Shown piece after piece: positions 26,020-38,575 of a stretch of 64,000 bases of DNA (positions are counted from its first letter, which is position 1; each line of letters begins with the position of its first letter). The notes under the pieces were generated by a model. It searched no databases and was not told where the DNA came from. It worked only from the letters and a program-made list of their open reading frames with translations. The translations under genes and the position numbers were made by a program. This DNA is from Octopus sinensis (Eukaryota): assembly GCF_006345805.1 (NCBI RefSeq), contig NC_043005.1, forward strand, positions 70,990,001-71,054,000, given 5' to 3'.

Positions 26020-26825
26020 AGACACAGGAGTGACTGTATGGTAAGTAACTTGCTTACCAGCCACATAGTTCTAGGTTCAGTCCCACTGCGTGGCACCTTG
26101 GGCAAGTGTCTTCTACTATAGCCTCGGGCCAACCAAAGCCTTGTGAGTGAATTTGGTAGACTGAAACTGAAAGAAGCCCATCATATATATGTATATATGT
26201 ATATAGGCGCAGGAGTGGCTGTGTCGTAAGTAGCTTGCTAACCAACCACATGGTTCCGGGTTCAGTCCCACTGCGTGGCATCTTAGGCAAGTGTCTTCTG
26301 CTATAGCCCCGGGCCGACCAATGCCTTGTGAGTGGATTTGGTAGACGGAAACTGAAAGAAACCTGTCGCATATATGTATGTGTGTGTATGTTTGTGTGTG
26401 TGTGTTTTTGTCCCCTTAGCATTGCTTGACAACCGATGCTGGTGTGTTTACGTCCCCGTCACTTAGCGGTTCGGCAAAAGAGACCGATAGAATAAGTGCT
26501 GGGCTTACAAAGAATAAGTCCCGGGGTCGATTTGCTCGACTAAAGGCAGTGCTCCAGCATGGCCGCAGTCAAATGACTGAAACAAGTAAAAGAGTAAAGA
26601 GTATATATGTGTGTGTGTGTTTGTCCCCTCTCCCAACATTACTTGACAACCGATGCTGTTGTGTTTACATCCCCATAACTTAGTGGTTCGGCAAAAGAAA
26701 CCGATAGAATAAGTACTCGGCTTACAGAGAATCAGTCCTGGGGTCGATTGCTCGACTAAAGGCAGTGCTCCAGCATGGCCGCAGTCAAAATGACTGAAAC
26801 AAGTAAAAGAGTAAAGGAGTAAAGA
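26020..26825 (+). mobile_element. Tandem cluster of CORE-like SINEs (5' half, full copy, 3' half)
   Basis: Three consecutive matches joined at (AT)/(GT) microsatellite linkers. Confidence 0.85.
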
Positions 26826-26999
26826 GTATATCATTGAAGACCCAAAATTATGAAATATCTTTTATTTCAGTCGTTAGACTGTGGCCATGCTGGTGCACCG
26901 TCTTGCAGAATTTTTAGTCAAATGTATTTACTTACTTTTTTTTTATGACTCTGGTATTTTTCTATCAGTCGCTTTTGCAGAACTGCTAAATTATGAGAA

Positions 27000-27480
27000 T
27001 GTAAACACACTTGCACCAGTTGTCAAGTGATGGTGGTGGTGGTGGAGGGACAAACACAGACACAAAAGTGTGCGCACACACACACACACACATGCACACA
27101 CACACACGTACATATATGTACATTTATACATATATACAATAGGCTTCTTTCAGTTTCTGTCTACCAAATCCACTCACAAGGCTTTGGTTGGCCCGAAGCT
27201 ATTGTAGAAGGTGCTTCACAGTAGGACTGAACCTGGAACCATGTGGCTGGTAAGCAAGCTTCTTACAGCATTGCCATGCCTGCCCCTATGATAGTGCACA
27301 GTTAATTCAAAACAATATGTCTTGCAAACAACTTGCACATGCAAGTGCTTACCAGTCAAGAATTCCGCCTTTAGTCGAACAAATTGGCCCCAGGACTTAT
27401 TCTTTGTAAGCCGAGTACTTATTCTATCAGCCTCTTTTGCTGAACCACTAAGTTATGGGAACGTAAACACAACAGCATCA
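27000..27480 (-). mobile_element. CORE-like SINE halves, reverse orientation
   Basis: Reverse-complement matches to both halves. Confidence 0.75.
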
Positions 27481-27579
27481 GAAGCCAGCAAGTGTATGGG
27501 GTTATCAGGAGAGAATGCGTGCCATTTTGGGGCCTACCACTCAGCAACACTATGAAGAAATGAGCATTACACTTCACAG

Positions 27580-27795
27580 AAGGCAGTGAGCTGGCAGAAG
27601 CATAAGCATTTGAGGCGAAATGCTTAGCGTTAGTACCTCTGTCTTTACGTTCTGAGTTCAAATTCCACCGAGTTCGATTTTACCTTTCATCCTTTCAGGG
27701 TCAATAAATTAAGTATCAGTTGCATACTGGGGTTGATCTAATCAACTGGCCCCCTCCCCCAAAATTTCATGCCTTGTGCCTAGAGTAGAAAGGAT
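27580..27795 (+). mobile_element. Meta-like SINE with alternative tail
   Basis: Same head and core as 22715-22952; tail cccctcccccaaaatttcatgccttgtgcctagagtagaaagg. Confidence 0.75.
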
Positions 27796-27854
27796 TACAT
27801 TTCACAGAGTAATCTGAATGTTAAAGGGTTATTAACTTCTTTGAAGAATTAAAT

Positions 27855-29643
27855 CAGTGGTACTCAACCATTATTTTACCTATGGATCCCTTTCATTCTT
27901 ATTTCGCTTGGGGGTTGGGGCGAGCCCATGTAAGGTTTTATCATTAAAATTCATAGTAAAGATTGTTTGCCAACATAATATGGCATTCTTGGTTTAGGAC
28001 TAATGTTGCTGCAATTTATCCCCAGGAAACATCGTCTCCAGCTGGCTATATGACACAATCTGTGCTCTTATATTTTCGAACAAGGGAATCTAGCACCTCC
28101 ACTCAGCTCAAAACAATATCTGTGTATTGTGATTTCTGGGTTATTTCTCTTCATCAGCACAGAAATAACCCAGAAATCGTGATACACGGATATTGTTTTG
28201 AGCTGAGTGGGGGTGCTAGATTCCCTTGTAAAAAAATATAAGGGCACAGATTGTGTTGTATAGCCAGCTGGAGATGATGTCTCCTGGGGCTAAATTACAG
28301 CAACATTAATCCTAAACCAGGACTGCCATGTTATATTGGCAAACAATTTTTACTACAAAGTACTGTTGCTGAATATCTCACATTGTGAGATTTAAAAATA
28401 GTAATTTTCTAATTAAAATTCATGTGCAATAAATTGGTTATCATCATCATTATCATTGTCATCATCGTTGTCATTTACTGTCCATTTTCAATGCTGGTAT
28501 GGGTTGGATGGTTTGACAGGAGCTGGCAAGTAAGAAGATTGAGCCAGACTCCAGTCCTCTCTTTTAGCATGGTTTCTATAGCTGGATGTCCTTCTTAATG
28601 CCAACCACTCTACAGAGTGTACTCTGTGTTTTTTTTTTGTTTTATTTTTGTAATGGGGTGTATGTAGTTATACTTCTATAATGCACAAAATATCTTAACA
28701 ATTTTTTTTTATACAATTCCTCATAATATTTTACTAGCGGGACCCATGAATATTTCACAGAATTAATAGTAAAACTATTGGGTTATGTCTGAAAACTTTA
28801 TCCATAAACAAACTGAAAGTGCAGCCTATGTTGTGTCTGTATGGAAAAGAAATCGCTCATCTGCTATTCATCAAAAAGTGGAAGAAATTGGAATACGATG
28901 ATTATTTAATGCACTTTATATATACAATTTATATACTTTATGCACAGTTTTATAGACTTAATACACTGCACTGGTATAATAAATATTCACCCTTATTTTA
29001 CCATTTTTCCTCGTAAATAAAAAAAAAAATCACATATATATGATACGACCTTTAGTTAAACTGCATATATCTACCACATAAATAAGCATGAATATTTCAT
29101 GGAATTGCACTTATCTGCATGCATTAAGTGATAGGTGATATAAAAAAAAAAAACTTAGTTCGATTTAAAAAGCAAAATACACTTTTCACTGTCCACATAC
29201 AACCATCACCTCCATCTCCCCAACCACCATCATCATCATCATTCTCTCCTGCTTTTCGCCTTATCCTCTTTTTCTCTCTCCTTTTTCTTTCTCCTTTTTT
29301 CCTTTCAACTAATCATGTGAAAGTGTGTTACAATTACATCTCCTCTACCTCACGTCATGGCTGCTTCTCTCTCCCTCCCTCATTTTCTCTCTCCCTCACT
29401 CATTTTCTCCCTCCCTCATTTTTTTCTCTCCCTCTCTCTCTCACTCTTTTTGTCTCTCCCTCTTTTCCTCTAATCACGTGAAAGCGTTACTGAAGGGCTA
29501 AGTAATGCAATGACAGACAGAATTATTGAGATTATAAAAATATAAGGGGATTTTTTTATAAAGTGAATGGCTATAAGGGTCCACCTGAGTAAAATAGGAA
29601 CCAAAGGGGTCCATAGAAAGAAAAAAGGGATTGAGAAACACTG
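27855..29643. mobile_element. Old hAT-like non-autonomous element
   Basis: Degenerate ~55-bp inverted termini (cagtggtactcaacc...ctatggatccctt / aaggggtccatag...ggattgagaaacactg); no TSD recognised. Confidence 0.5.
27954..28355. mobile_element. Foldback MITE (~190-bp arms, short spacer)
   Basis: tagtaaagattgtttgccaacat...gatttctgggttatttct mirrors agaaataacccagaaatc...ggcaaacaatttttacta; TA at both ends. Confidence 0.85.
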
Positions 29644-30249
29644 TCTGACATGGCAATTTAAACTACTAGAAATAACAGCCAAATCTCTCTGAAATCATTG
29701 TTACTGTCTTCAGAAAGGAGGGACAATCCCTCAGATGATGTAGTTCTAGATATGCTGTAATGTCTATGAATAAAAAAACCGAACTCATTAGGGAACTTGA
29801 GAATCGAAAATAATCATAAGGCTGACCTGGGGCTAAAGAGCAGCAACTATTTCAATTGTCTATCATTGTGTTAAAGGTCATGCTTGAGTTCATTGACCAA
29901 AGCTATTGAAATACAACAATAACAACAGCAAGAACAAGTAAAAAAAAAAGCCATATTTAAATATCAACAAACCAACAGAAAATTAAATTACAATACATAA
30001 CACTTCTCCCCCCGCCCCACCAGCACCACCACCACAATCACCACCCACCTCCACAATCCCTATCCCACCTTAGCAAAGCAATGAAACTGTAGAAAAATGA
30101 AAAAAAAAAAAAAAAAAAAATAATGAAGAAAAACGAAAGAAAGAAAGAAAAAGAAAACTAATTAAGAAAATCAAATCAAATGAAGAATAGTAATTTTGCA
30201 TGGCTAATATTCAAATTAGTATGATTGGAATAACACATCCTTATCGATA

Positions 30250-30307
30250 ATACTATCATGATCAGCATGATCAACATTGCCATCATCATCACCATCATCA
30301 CCATCAT

Positions 30308-30338
<31 letters not shown>

Positions 30339-31080
30339 ACCCTTCTCACCACCCCCACCACGACCATCATCATCATCATCATACCATTATTGTTTATATT
30401 ATTGCTGTTCTTCTTCTTCTTATTATTATTATTATTATTGTTGTTGCTGTTATTATTATTATTATTATCATTATTATTATTATTATTATCACTATCAATA
30501 CAGCTGTCATTCTATTATCGTCATCATCCTCATCATCATCATCATCATTTTCATCCTCACCACGAACACTGCTGCCACCAGTACCACCATCATCATCATC
30601 ACAACCATCGCCATCGCCACCATCTCCATCCATCCTTCTCCTAGTCCTCCATCATCATCATCATCATGGTAAACAAGGGAAGAATGACAATAATGATTTA
30701 TCATAGCTGTAATGATTAATGGCTGCGATGAGGCTGAGATGAGGATGGTGCTGGTGCTGGTGGCGAAATTAGTTACATTTACAGAGATGGCTGAGGAGTG
30801 TGAGGTGGATGGTAGTGGTTGTAACAGTAGCAGCAGTAATAGTGGTAGTAGTGGCGGTGGTGGAAGTGGGGTGCTTTTGGTTGTGGTGGTGGTTTTGGTG
30901 GTGGTGGAGGACAGTGGTATCAACAATTGTGGTAATGATAGTGGTGGATAGTGACAATGGTGCTGGTATTGGTGGTGCTGCTACTGGTAGCAGTGGTTCA
31001 GGTGATAGTAGAGCTGCTGCTGCTGCTGCTGGTGTTGATATGACGCTGGTGTTAACAATAGTTATATCTACCATAAGATG
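30250..31080. repeat. Mixed CAT/TAT/GGT/GCT trinucleotide tract
   Basis: Read directly. Confidence 0.9.
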
Positions 31081-31569
31081 ACAAGATGGCAGCATCATTA
31101 GCCCGCCAAGCAAAATGCTTAGCAGCTGGTCATCCATCTTTATGCTTCAAGTTCAAATTCCATCAAGGTCAAAATTGCTTTTCATCTTTTTGAGATCAAT
31201 AAAATAAGTACCATTTGATTATTGGGGTCGGCATCATCGATTTATTTCCTCAATGAAAATTACAGACCTTGTGCTAAAATTTGAAACATCATCATCATCA
31301 TCGTTTAACGAAGCTAGCATGGGTTGGACGATTTGACTAAGGACTGGCAAACCAGATGGCTGCACCAGGCTCCAATCTTCATCTGGCAGAATTTCTACAG
31401 CTGGATGCCCTTCCTAATGCCAACCACTCTGAGAGTGTAGTGGGTGCTTTTAAGTGCCACCGGCTTGAGGGCCAGTCAGGCAGTACTGATAATGGCCATG
31501 CTCAAATCGTGTGTTTTTTACATGCCACCTGCACAGGAGCCAATCCAGCAGCACTGGCAGCCAATATTC

Positions 31570-32370
31570 ATATCTATTGTAAGATGGCGAGCAGGCAAAA
31601 TCGTTTGCCCGCCAGGTAAATTACCTGACAGCATTTCATCTGTTTTATGTTCTGAGTTCAAATTCCACCAAGGTTGAATTTGCTATTCATCCTTTTGGGG
31701 TTGATTTAAATAAGAACCAGTTTGAACAGTCGGGTCAACGTAATCAACTTACCCCTTTCTCAGAAGTATTTATGGTCATGAAAGGCAATGAGCTGGCAGA
31801 ATTGTTAGCATACTGGACAAAAGCTTAGTGGCATTTCATCCAAATTTCACCAAGGTAGACTTTGCCATTTCATCTTTTCACAGTCAAAAACAATAAGTAC
31901 CAGTTTGAACAGTGGGATCAATGTAATTGACTTACTTCTCCCTCGAAATTGCTGGCCTTGTGTCAAAAATATGAAACCAATTTTACAATATGGCCCAAGG
32001 TGGCAAGCTAGCAGAATCATTAGCATACCAGACAGAATACTTTGTGACATTTCATCTCAGTTTGAACAGTGGGATCAATGTAATTGACTTACTTCTCCCT
32101 CGAAATTGCTGGCCTTGTGTCAAAAATATGAAACCAATTTTACAATATGGCCCAAGGTGGCAAGCTAGCAGAATCATTAGCATACCAGACAGAATACTTT
32201 GTGACATTTCATCTCTGTTTACATTCTGAGTTCAAATGCCACCTAGGTCAACTTTGACTTTCATCCTTTCAGGGACAATAAAGTAAGTACCAGTTGATAA
32301 CTGGGGTTGATATAATTGATTTATCTCCTGCCACGAAATTGCTGGCCTTGTGCCAAAGTTTGAAGCTGAT
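31570..32370 (+). mobile_element. Head-to-tail cluster of decayed Meta-like SINEs, including an exact 157-bp duplication
   Basis: Heads near 31580, 31785, 31997 and 32154; 31901-32057 equals 32058-32214. Confidence 0.75.
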
Positions 32371-32511
32371 ATTTATATTTATTGTTGGTAGTAACAGTTG
32401 TAAGTGTTGCGATGATGATGGCTGTGTTGTCACAAAGGTGGTGAAGGTTGTATTATTTGCGATCGCCATACCATCATAAACCATGGCTGCACAGGGGGCT
32501 ATTGCCTAAAG

Positions 32512-33121
32512 CAGGGGTTCCCAGACATTTTAGAACATCGATCTCCTTTCATGGGCTCTTTGACCCTTCCTAACCCAGGCATACTCTTTTATTTGTTTCA
32601 GTCATTTGACTGCAGCCATGCTGGAGCACTGCCATTTAGTCAAGCAAATCGACCCCAGGACTTATTTTTTGTACTTATTCTCTCGGTCTCTTATGCTGAA
32701 CTGCTAAGTTACGAGGACATAAACACACCAAAATCGGTTGTCAAGTGATGTTGGGGGGGGGACAAACACAAACACACAAACATATACACACACATACATA
32801 TCTATATATATACATATATATATACGATGGGCTTCTTTCAGTTTCCATCTATCAAATCCACTCACAAGGCTTTGGTTAGCCCGAGGCTATAGTAGAAGAC
32901 ACTTGCCCAAGGTGCCACGCAGTGGGACTGAACCCGGAACCATGTGGCTGGTAAGCAAGCTACTTACTACATGGCCACTCCTGTACCTATGTACAAGAAA
33001 ATAAAAGATAATAATAAATAATAATAATTAAGTAAATGTGCATTTACCCACTTATTGAATAGTTCCATTGACCCTCCACTCACCCACCAGTGGTCGATGT
33101 CGACCACTTTGGAGACCCCTA
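32512..33121. mobile_element. hAT-type MITE with 8-bp TSD, containing a reverse CORE-like SINE (32581-32985)
   Basis: gcctaaag at 32504-32511 and 33122-33129; termini caggggttcccaga / tggagaccccta. Confidence 0.75.
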
Positions 33122-33199
33122 GCCTAAAGGTTTCTCCCTCCCCCAATGAGATAGCATCCCAATGGTAAATTATGTGTGCCATAGTTTGCAATCAATTAA

Positions 33200-33585
33200 T
33201 AGGTGCAGGCGTGGCTGTGTGGTAAGTAGCTTGATTACTAACCACATTGTTCTAGGTTCAGTCCCACTTCTCCTACAACCTCAAGCTGACCAAGGACTTG
33301 TGAGTGGATTTGAAAGACGGAAACTGAAAGAAGCTCATCACATACATATGTGTGTGTGTGTGTGTGTGAGTGAGTGTGTGTGTTTGTGTGTCTGTATTCC
33401 CCCCGCCCCCACAATCACTTGACAACCGATGTTAGTGTGTTCATGTCCCCATAACTTTGCGGTTCAGCAAAAGTGACTGACTGATTAAGTACTAGGCTTA
33501 CAAAGAATAAGTCCTGGGGTCGATTTGTTCCAGTAAAGGCAGTGCTCCAGCATGGCCTGCTCTCAAACGACTGAAACAAATAAAT
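33200..33585 (+). mobile_element. Bipartite CORE-like SINE
   Basis: Match to the family. Confidence 0.82.
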
Positions 33586-33949
33586 AGAGGTGAAGTACCA
33601 TACATTGATTTACTTAGAAAATCATTTATGTTGTTAAGATGACTCTCAGTGGTAGCAGCTATGAGATACTGATGGTTGTGATGTCATCATTAATGGTGGG
33701 GGTCATCAGTGATAGTGAGCAAGGGTTTCTGATGGTTGTTGTTGTTGTTATTTAAACCCAGGCCTTCACTGATCGAAAAGATGTTGTTTCTCATTAAAAT
33801 AGCAGAGTTTGATAGAAAAGTATTTGGTTACTGTTTCTAGCTTATCAAGCAACTGTGTTGTTGTTGTTGTTGTTGCCCTATTGATTTATGTAATGTTTGT
33901 GTTGGCATCGTTGGTGGTAGTGGGGGCAATGGTGACAGAGATAATGATG

Positions 33950-34800
33950 ATTGTAGGGGATCTGCTGCTGCTGCTGATGATGATGATGATAATTAGACTG
34001 GTTATGATTAGGATGGCAACAGTTTTAATGCTGATGATTTGGTGGTGGTGAAGGTGGTGGTGATGGTAGTGGAGATGGTGATGGTGAACAAAGACAACGA
34101 TGATGGTGGTGGGGATAATGATGATGGTGGTGGTGGTCTTGATGGTGGTGATGATGATGATGATGAAGATAGTTGTGGTGGTGGTGGTGATGGAGATAAT
34201 TATGATGATGAGGAGGAGGAAGAGGAGAATGGGAAAAGGAGGGGAGGAGAAGGAGGAAGAGGGGAGAAGGAGGAGAGAAGGACGAGGCGATTGATAGTAA
34301 TAAACGTGATGCAGATGTTGCTGCTTCTGTTGGTGCTATTGCTGCTGCTGCTACTGATGATGATGATGACGATGATGATTACAAGAATCTAATAAATTCA
34401 TTAATCATCAAACGAGCAATAAATGAACAAAGCAAATAAAAGCGAATTAAACAACTTTCAATAATTAACAAACCTAAATTCAGAAATGCTTTTCAAATTA
34501 TTTTTCCAGAAGTAACATCATCATCACCATCATCATCCTCATCATCATCATCATTGACATCATCGTTCTTCTCATTCTCTTCCTCCTCTTCCATATCATC
34601 ATTATTGTCATCATCATCATCAACGTTCTTATTATCCTTAGCATCCTTACCACCATAATCCTTATCAGCAGCAGCATCACCACCATCCATCATTGTCTCC
34701 ACCGTCACCACAACCACCATCACCACAACCACCATCATTATAATCGTTACAGTACATCATCATCACCATCATCATCAGTATTAATCTCATTATCAACAAC
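33950..34800. repeat. GAT/GGT/GAG and CAT trinucleotide tracts
   Basis: Read directly. Confidence 0.9.
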
Positions 34801-35249
34801 AACAAAGACAAATATCAAATGGTCAAATATTTTCTCTTAATGGTTTTCATCTTTTCTAATTACACATATGGTTGTTTGTCTGTGTTTTTAAAATGTTATA
34901 TTTATTGTCCTTGTTGCTGTTTTGTAGCTCCAAGGTTAGCTCTGATCAAACAGAGTTAAAACCAAATGCATTCCAACCATGACCACCCCTGTTTTTCTCA
35001 TACGCAGTGTAATTCTGCAAAAAAAACATTGTCCATATTTTTATCTGTTACCATGAACTTGTGTGTATGTGTGCGTATTTACCTTATCTGTGTGTGTCCG
35101 TGTGCATTTCTATCTATGTTTGTATTTGCGTGTACATTTGTCTCTGTATGTGTGTGCGTGTGCATGCTAAAAGGAGAATGTCTTGCCATAAAACCAGTTC
35201 AAGATGAAACAAAAAATATGATTGTGATTTTCTCTGCTTCAGTGTATGC

Positions 35250-35566
35250 TAGTGCTACTCAAAGCGGTCCACAGACCAGTGCTGATCCATGAGCCATCAG
35301 CTGCCAGCACACAGTGAGTTTCCAGAAAAGAAACATTATAACATGCTTATATAATATTATATTATTTGTTTACAAAATAAATATAAGATAAAAAAAACTT
35401 GACAACTTTAATTATATTCATTATATATATATATACATATATATATACATATATATATATATATATTATTTCTGGTATAAATTAATATTACTAAGAATAT
35501 TACAGTTCCTTGGCACACTGGAAAAAAACTGCTGGTATGCCACATCAGATAGTTTGAGAAACACTG
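35250..35566. mobile_element. hAT-type MITE
   Basis: Termini tagtgctactcaaag / tttgagaaacactg; partial 8-bp TSD gtgtatgc vs gtgtacca. Confidence 0.55.
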
Positions 35567-35679
35567 GTGTACCATACAGCAGTAGGCTACAAGTGGTGAG
35601 GCACATTGAGACCCATAAGAAGTCTTGACAATAGGTGAATGCTACGTGATACATTGCTATCCAAACATATATGGAAAAA

Positions 35680-36050
35680 GGCATGGCTGTGTGGTAAGCT
35701 TGCATCCCAACCACATTGTTCTGGGTTCAGTCCCACTGCATAACATCTTGGGCAAGTGTCTTCAACTATAACCTTAGGCTGACCAAAGCCTTGTGAGTAG
35801 ATTTGGTAGACGGAAACTGAATGGAGCCCGTCGCATATGTATGTGTATTTGTGTCTGCGTTTGTCCTCCCCACCATTGTCTGACAACCGATTTTGGTGTG
35901 TTTATGTCCTTATAAGTTAGCAGTTCGGCAAAGAAACCCGATAAAATAAGTATTAGGCCTACAAGGAATATATCCTAAGTTTGATTTGTTCCACTAAAGA
36001 AGGTGCTCCGGCATTGCAACGGCCAAATGACTAAAACAAGTAAAAGAAAA
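35680..36050 (+). mobile_element. Bipartite CORE-like SINE (diverged)
   Basis: Match to the family. Confidence 0.78.
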
Positions 36051-36077
36051 AAGAATAAAAATGCTGATGCTGCAAAC

Positions 36078-38575
36078 TGTTGTGACGAGAGTCATTGACA
36101 CCCCTAGGGAATTGGATGAATGGACAAGCCGAACACTTATAAAGAGTGGCGTATTGCTTGAGACAAGAGGTTTGGTAGGAGTCGTTGAGAGAGCATTTTG
36201 GAGTCTCGCAAAGTACGTCATGTGAACACATTGATTTTACATTCGCTCTGTTAGATTATATATCCAACGTCTGTCTAGCATATAAAAGTGGCAACGAAAT
36301 ATTCGAAGCTTGCGTCGGACGTAAAAATTGGGTTTTCGTACGAAATCGAAGAAAAAAATCATTAACATGGAAGACTTAGTGGCTTGCATGATGTACTTAC
36401 AACAACTACAAGTTACTGGAAGTAATGTTGAAGAAATCTGAAAATACTTTAGGTTCTCGTCAGACGGCGTAGCAAACCCAACTGGAGAATTTATTTATAA
36501 TCCAGAAACTACTGTTTTTTGAGCATATTTTAGAAGATGCGAAGAAATCTTCAAAGAAGAATATGAAAATTGGAATGACGAGAAGGTGCGACTACTTTTA
36601 AAAAAGTTATAACCTGCCGAACACGAAAAATACTGTAATTATATTCTGCCGAAGAAAAAGAGTTTAAAAAATTTCTCCTGAAGTTTTTTTTCTTTTTTTT
36701 CTGGTGAATTAGGTCTTTGCACCAAAGCAGGCGAAATTTCAACCGAAAGAAAACGCTATACCGGTATTTAAACCAAAACGAAGGGTATCTTTCGCAGTGT
36801 TGAAACAAGTCAACGAAGAATTGGATAGACTTGAAATTTGATTACTCAAAATAGATATCCACAACAGTTTATGCCAAGAAAAAAAAAAAGTAAAATCCGA
36901 GTATGCGCTGATTTTTCAACAAGATTAAAAGAATGTTTGATACCGTGTAATTTTCCGTTACCAAGTCCGGAGGAAATTTTCGCCAAGTTGAATGGAGGAA
37001 AATTTTTTCAAAATCTTATCTGAAGCATATTTGCTGGTGAAAGTCGATGAGGAGTGTTCAAAATTATTGACTATAAATACCCATAAAGGGCTGCATAAAT
37101 TTAAACGCCTCCCCTTTGGTATAAAGGTAGCGTCTGGCATTTTCCAACAAATTATGGACATTATGCTCGCAAGTTCGGATTTTTCTGTAGCTTACATTGA
37201 CGAGATACTCATAAAAAGTGAATCTCGGGGTCAGCATGCTGAGCATGTTAAAAAGGTCTTCGAAATAAAAGATTATGGGTTCAAGCTCAGCGAGGAAAAG
37301 TTTGAATTTTTTATGCCAAGAATAAAATATCTAGGGCAGAATGTTGATGAAAATGGACGCAAACCAGACCCATCTAGGCGTATGCAATAAAAAAATATGC
37401 CTCTCCCGACAAACATTACAGCGTTACAAGCATTTTTGAGGCTGGCAAATTACTACAAGGTATACATGCCGAATATGCACGATTTAAGAACACTCCTGAA
37501 TAACTTGCTAAAAAAGCACGTTAACTGGAACTGGTAGGACAAATGCCAAACAGCTTTTGAAGAAATTAAAACGTCTTAACATCGGAATTGTTGCTATTCC
37601 GTTTTGACCACAATTTAGAAATAGTAGTGGCAGCAGATGCTAGTGAAATTTACACAAATATGAAGATGGTAGCCTGAAAGCAGTAGCTCATGCTTCGCAT
37701 TAATTATTGTTGGCTGAGAAAGGTTAGTCAAATAGAAAAAGAGGCATTAGCCATCATATCTGCGGTAAAAAAAATTCTATAAATTTATACATAGAAGAAG
37801 TATCCATTTGCAGGCAGACCACCCATTATTGTCGATCTATGGATCAAAAACCGAGTATCCTTACACATACAGCCAACAGATTGCAGAGCCGGGGAACGAC
37901 CCTACTGGATTACGACTCCAAAAGAGAATATTTGCCATCGAAAAAATTGGGACATGCAGATGTTTTGTCAAGGTTAATACCAAAATGCAGTGAACCACTA
38001 GAAAATAGTGATAAAGGCGTTAAAACCGAAAATGAAATAAAAAATATATTGTGCCTGTGACATTCGAGGAAATAAAAATTAAGGCAGAGGCGGACGAGTT
38101 TACCGTAAAAATGAAAAAAAAATAGTGAGATCAGAAGAAACATAAAAAATACGTGTGGCTGGTAACATACTTTCGAATTTGTATTCGATATGTGATAATG
38201 TGCTTATGTATGCAGAGAGGGTAGTAATGCCCACATTACTACAAGGTCGAATGTTAAAGGAATTCAATACCGGACATCCAGAAATTTCTAGAATGAAGTC
38301 GCTTGTGAGGAGTTATGTTTACTGGCCAAAAATGGATACAGATATTGAGAGGTTAGTAAAATCCTGCAGAGGTTGTGCTCTTGCAGCGAAATCACCAACT
38401 ATAAAATTTCAGCCTTGACCCAAGACCGATACTCCAAGGTCCAGGCTACACATATACTTTGCAGGACCGTTAAACCGATCTTATTATCTGATAGTGGTAG
38501 ATAGCTTTACAAAATATCCAGAAATATGTAAATGTGGAAAACTGACAACCACGGTAACAGCGGAATTTCTGTGTC
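36078..38575 (+). mobile_element. Degenerate Ty3/gypsy LTR retrotransposon (5' LTR, PBS, deleted gag, RT-RNaseH-partial integrase)
   Basis: TG-initiated ~210-bp LTR candidate followed by tggcaacga; IRVCADFST, FPLPSPEEIFAKLNGG, LPFGIK, AYIDEILI, HPEISRMKSLVRSYVYWP...C..C. Confidence 0.85.
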
